Source: Pocillopora damicornis (taxonomy: Eukaryota). Taken from it: a stretch of 64,000 nucleotides of DNA. Location of the stretch: positions 310,001-374,000 of the forward strand of contig NW_020846810.1 in the NCBI RefSeq assembly GCF_003704095.1, written 5' to 3'. Position numbers and translations under genes: made by a program. Each line of letters starts with the position of its first letter. Within the stretch, counting starts at the first letter, position 1. Shown piece by piece: positions 63,701 through 64,000 of the stretch. The notes under the pieces are model-generated. The model saw only the letters and a program-made list of their open reading frames with translations, did not search any database and was not told where the DNA came from.

Positions 63701-64000
63701 CCGATCCTAATTGATTCAAACGTCGATCTTTACATGTACTTAATAGAAACGTTAGGTTCGGTACATGTAAAGATCGACGTTTGAACTAGGCCTAATGGTT
63801 TATATTATTTTCCTTTGTTTTTGCCGTTGCTGTAATTATCGATTTCTTTGCTTCTGCAGCGTAGCTGTTGCCTCAGAGAAAATAGTGATTGTTTTTCAAT
63901 GAATTTCCATACTTTCCTGTAACAGGTGATTACCAACGCAAATCGTCTTACCTTTGTTTTTGTTTGTCGTTGTAATTTCCAGATGAAAGCAGACGTAGAG
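50888..64000 (+). CDS. NO VEIN (NOV)-like protein: 4 N-terminal LOTUS/OST-HTH-like repeats + NOV N-terminal region + sacsin/NOV-type GHKL (HSP90-like) ATPase; 3' end beyond the window
   Basis: Phase-consistent exons: 50888-52421, 53616-54632, 55397-55767, 56141-56488, 56619-57057, 57791-58086, 58543-59241, 59852-60133, 60314-60380, 60713-61138, 61301-61541, 61779-61920, 62795-62914, 63983->64000. NOV-type motifs VNLFVHAY..LYEL..FEELRLGPL and PLLEDVSLWTHWDDVF. GHKL motifs HFLLELVQNADDNSY, NNEVGF..NIRALCDVGRSTK, YIGQKGIGFKSVFRVSDSPEVHSNGYHIRFD and HPSLLLFLHRL. Confidence 0.92.
54430..54529. other. assembly gap (100 N) with 53-bp duplicated flanks; other gaps at 16554-16571 and 36259-36355
   Basis: 54377-54429 is repeated verbatim from 54530. 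Confidence 0.9.
55025..55272. mobile_element. palindromic Penelope-associated repeat with hammerhead-like core
   Basis: Arms agggtaatttagtgttatcaactgagttgaaaacgt / acgttttcaactcagttgataacacttaagtaccct; core CTGACGA-agggc-taac-gctc-GAAA at 55179-55202. A second partial copy lies at ~62937-63037. Confidence 0.7.
57658..57702. repeat. (A)n(TA)n microsatellite
   Basis: Poly-A run followed by TA dinucleotides, intronic. Confidence 0.9.
61556..61999 (+). repeat. 78-bp direct repeat (61556-61633 and 61922-61999) at the 5' ends of consecutive introns
   Basis: tgggagatgaatttgtttgtgaattatatgaaattgtgagc...gctagta(t/g)gtagcacca; one mismatch seen. Confidence 0.9.
62343..62565. mobile_element. PIF/Harbinger-type MITE
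   Basis: TIRs gggccggttatttaaac / gtttaaataaccggccc flanked by a 3-bp tga/tga duplication. Confidence 0.8.
63256..63792. mobile_element. PIF/Harbinger-type MITE, ~537 bp, perfect ~41-bp TIRs
   Basis: ggcctagttcaaacgtcgatctttacatgtaccgaacctaa ... ttaggttcggtacatgtaaagatcgacgtttgaactaggcc; flanks tga/taa; subterminal gattcaaacgtcgatc repeats. Confidence 0.9.

Overview
Eukaryotic, AT-rich animal genomic DNA with GT-AG introns. The repeat families look like those of scleractinian corals, but the taxon is my inference. Five protein-coding genes can be spliced by hand with consistent reading-frame phase. (1) A 2-exon TGF-beta/BMP-family ligand (- strand, 2472-3700) whose mature domain lacks the interchain-disulfide cysteine. 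(2, 3) Two divergently oriented orphan single-pass membrane proteins (- 6369-8601; + 22561-25575) with the same exon architecture: a tiny TM exon, a phase-2 AG|G intron, and one large disordered tail exon carrying a PxxDY motif. (4) A complete 34-exon nucleoporin NUP214 (- 27178-50068, about 2195 aa) with an 87-bp coding tandem repeat. (5) Head-to-head with NUP214, a NO VEIN (NOV)/sacsin-type GHKL ATPase gene (+ 50888 to beyond the window end) with four N-terminal LOTUS/OST-HTH-like repeats. This LOTUS-NOV fusion is the best candidate for an undescribed system. Introns and intergenic DNA hold several MITEs, a ~430-bp palindrome, a tRNA-derived SINE head and a Penelope-type palindrome with a hammerhead-like core. 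A sharply bounded CpG-depleted domain flanks the NUP214/NOV promoter. There are three N gaps. All coordinates and counts were read by eye.
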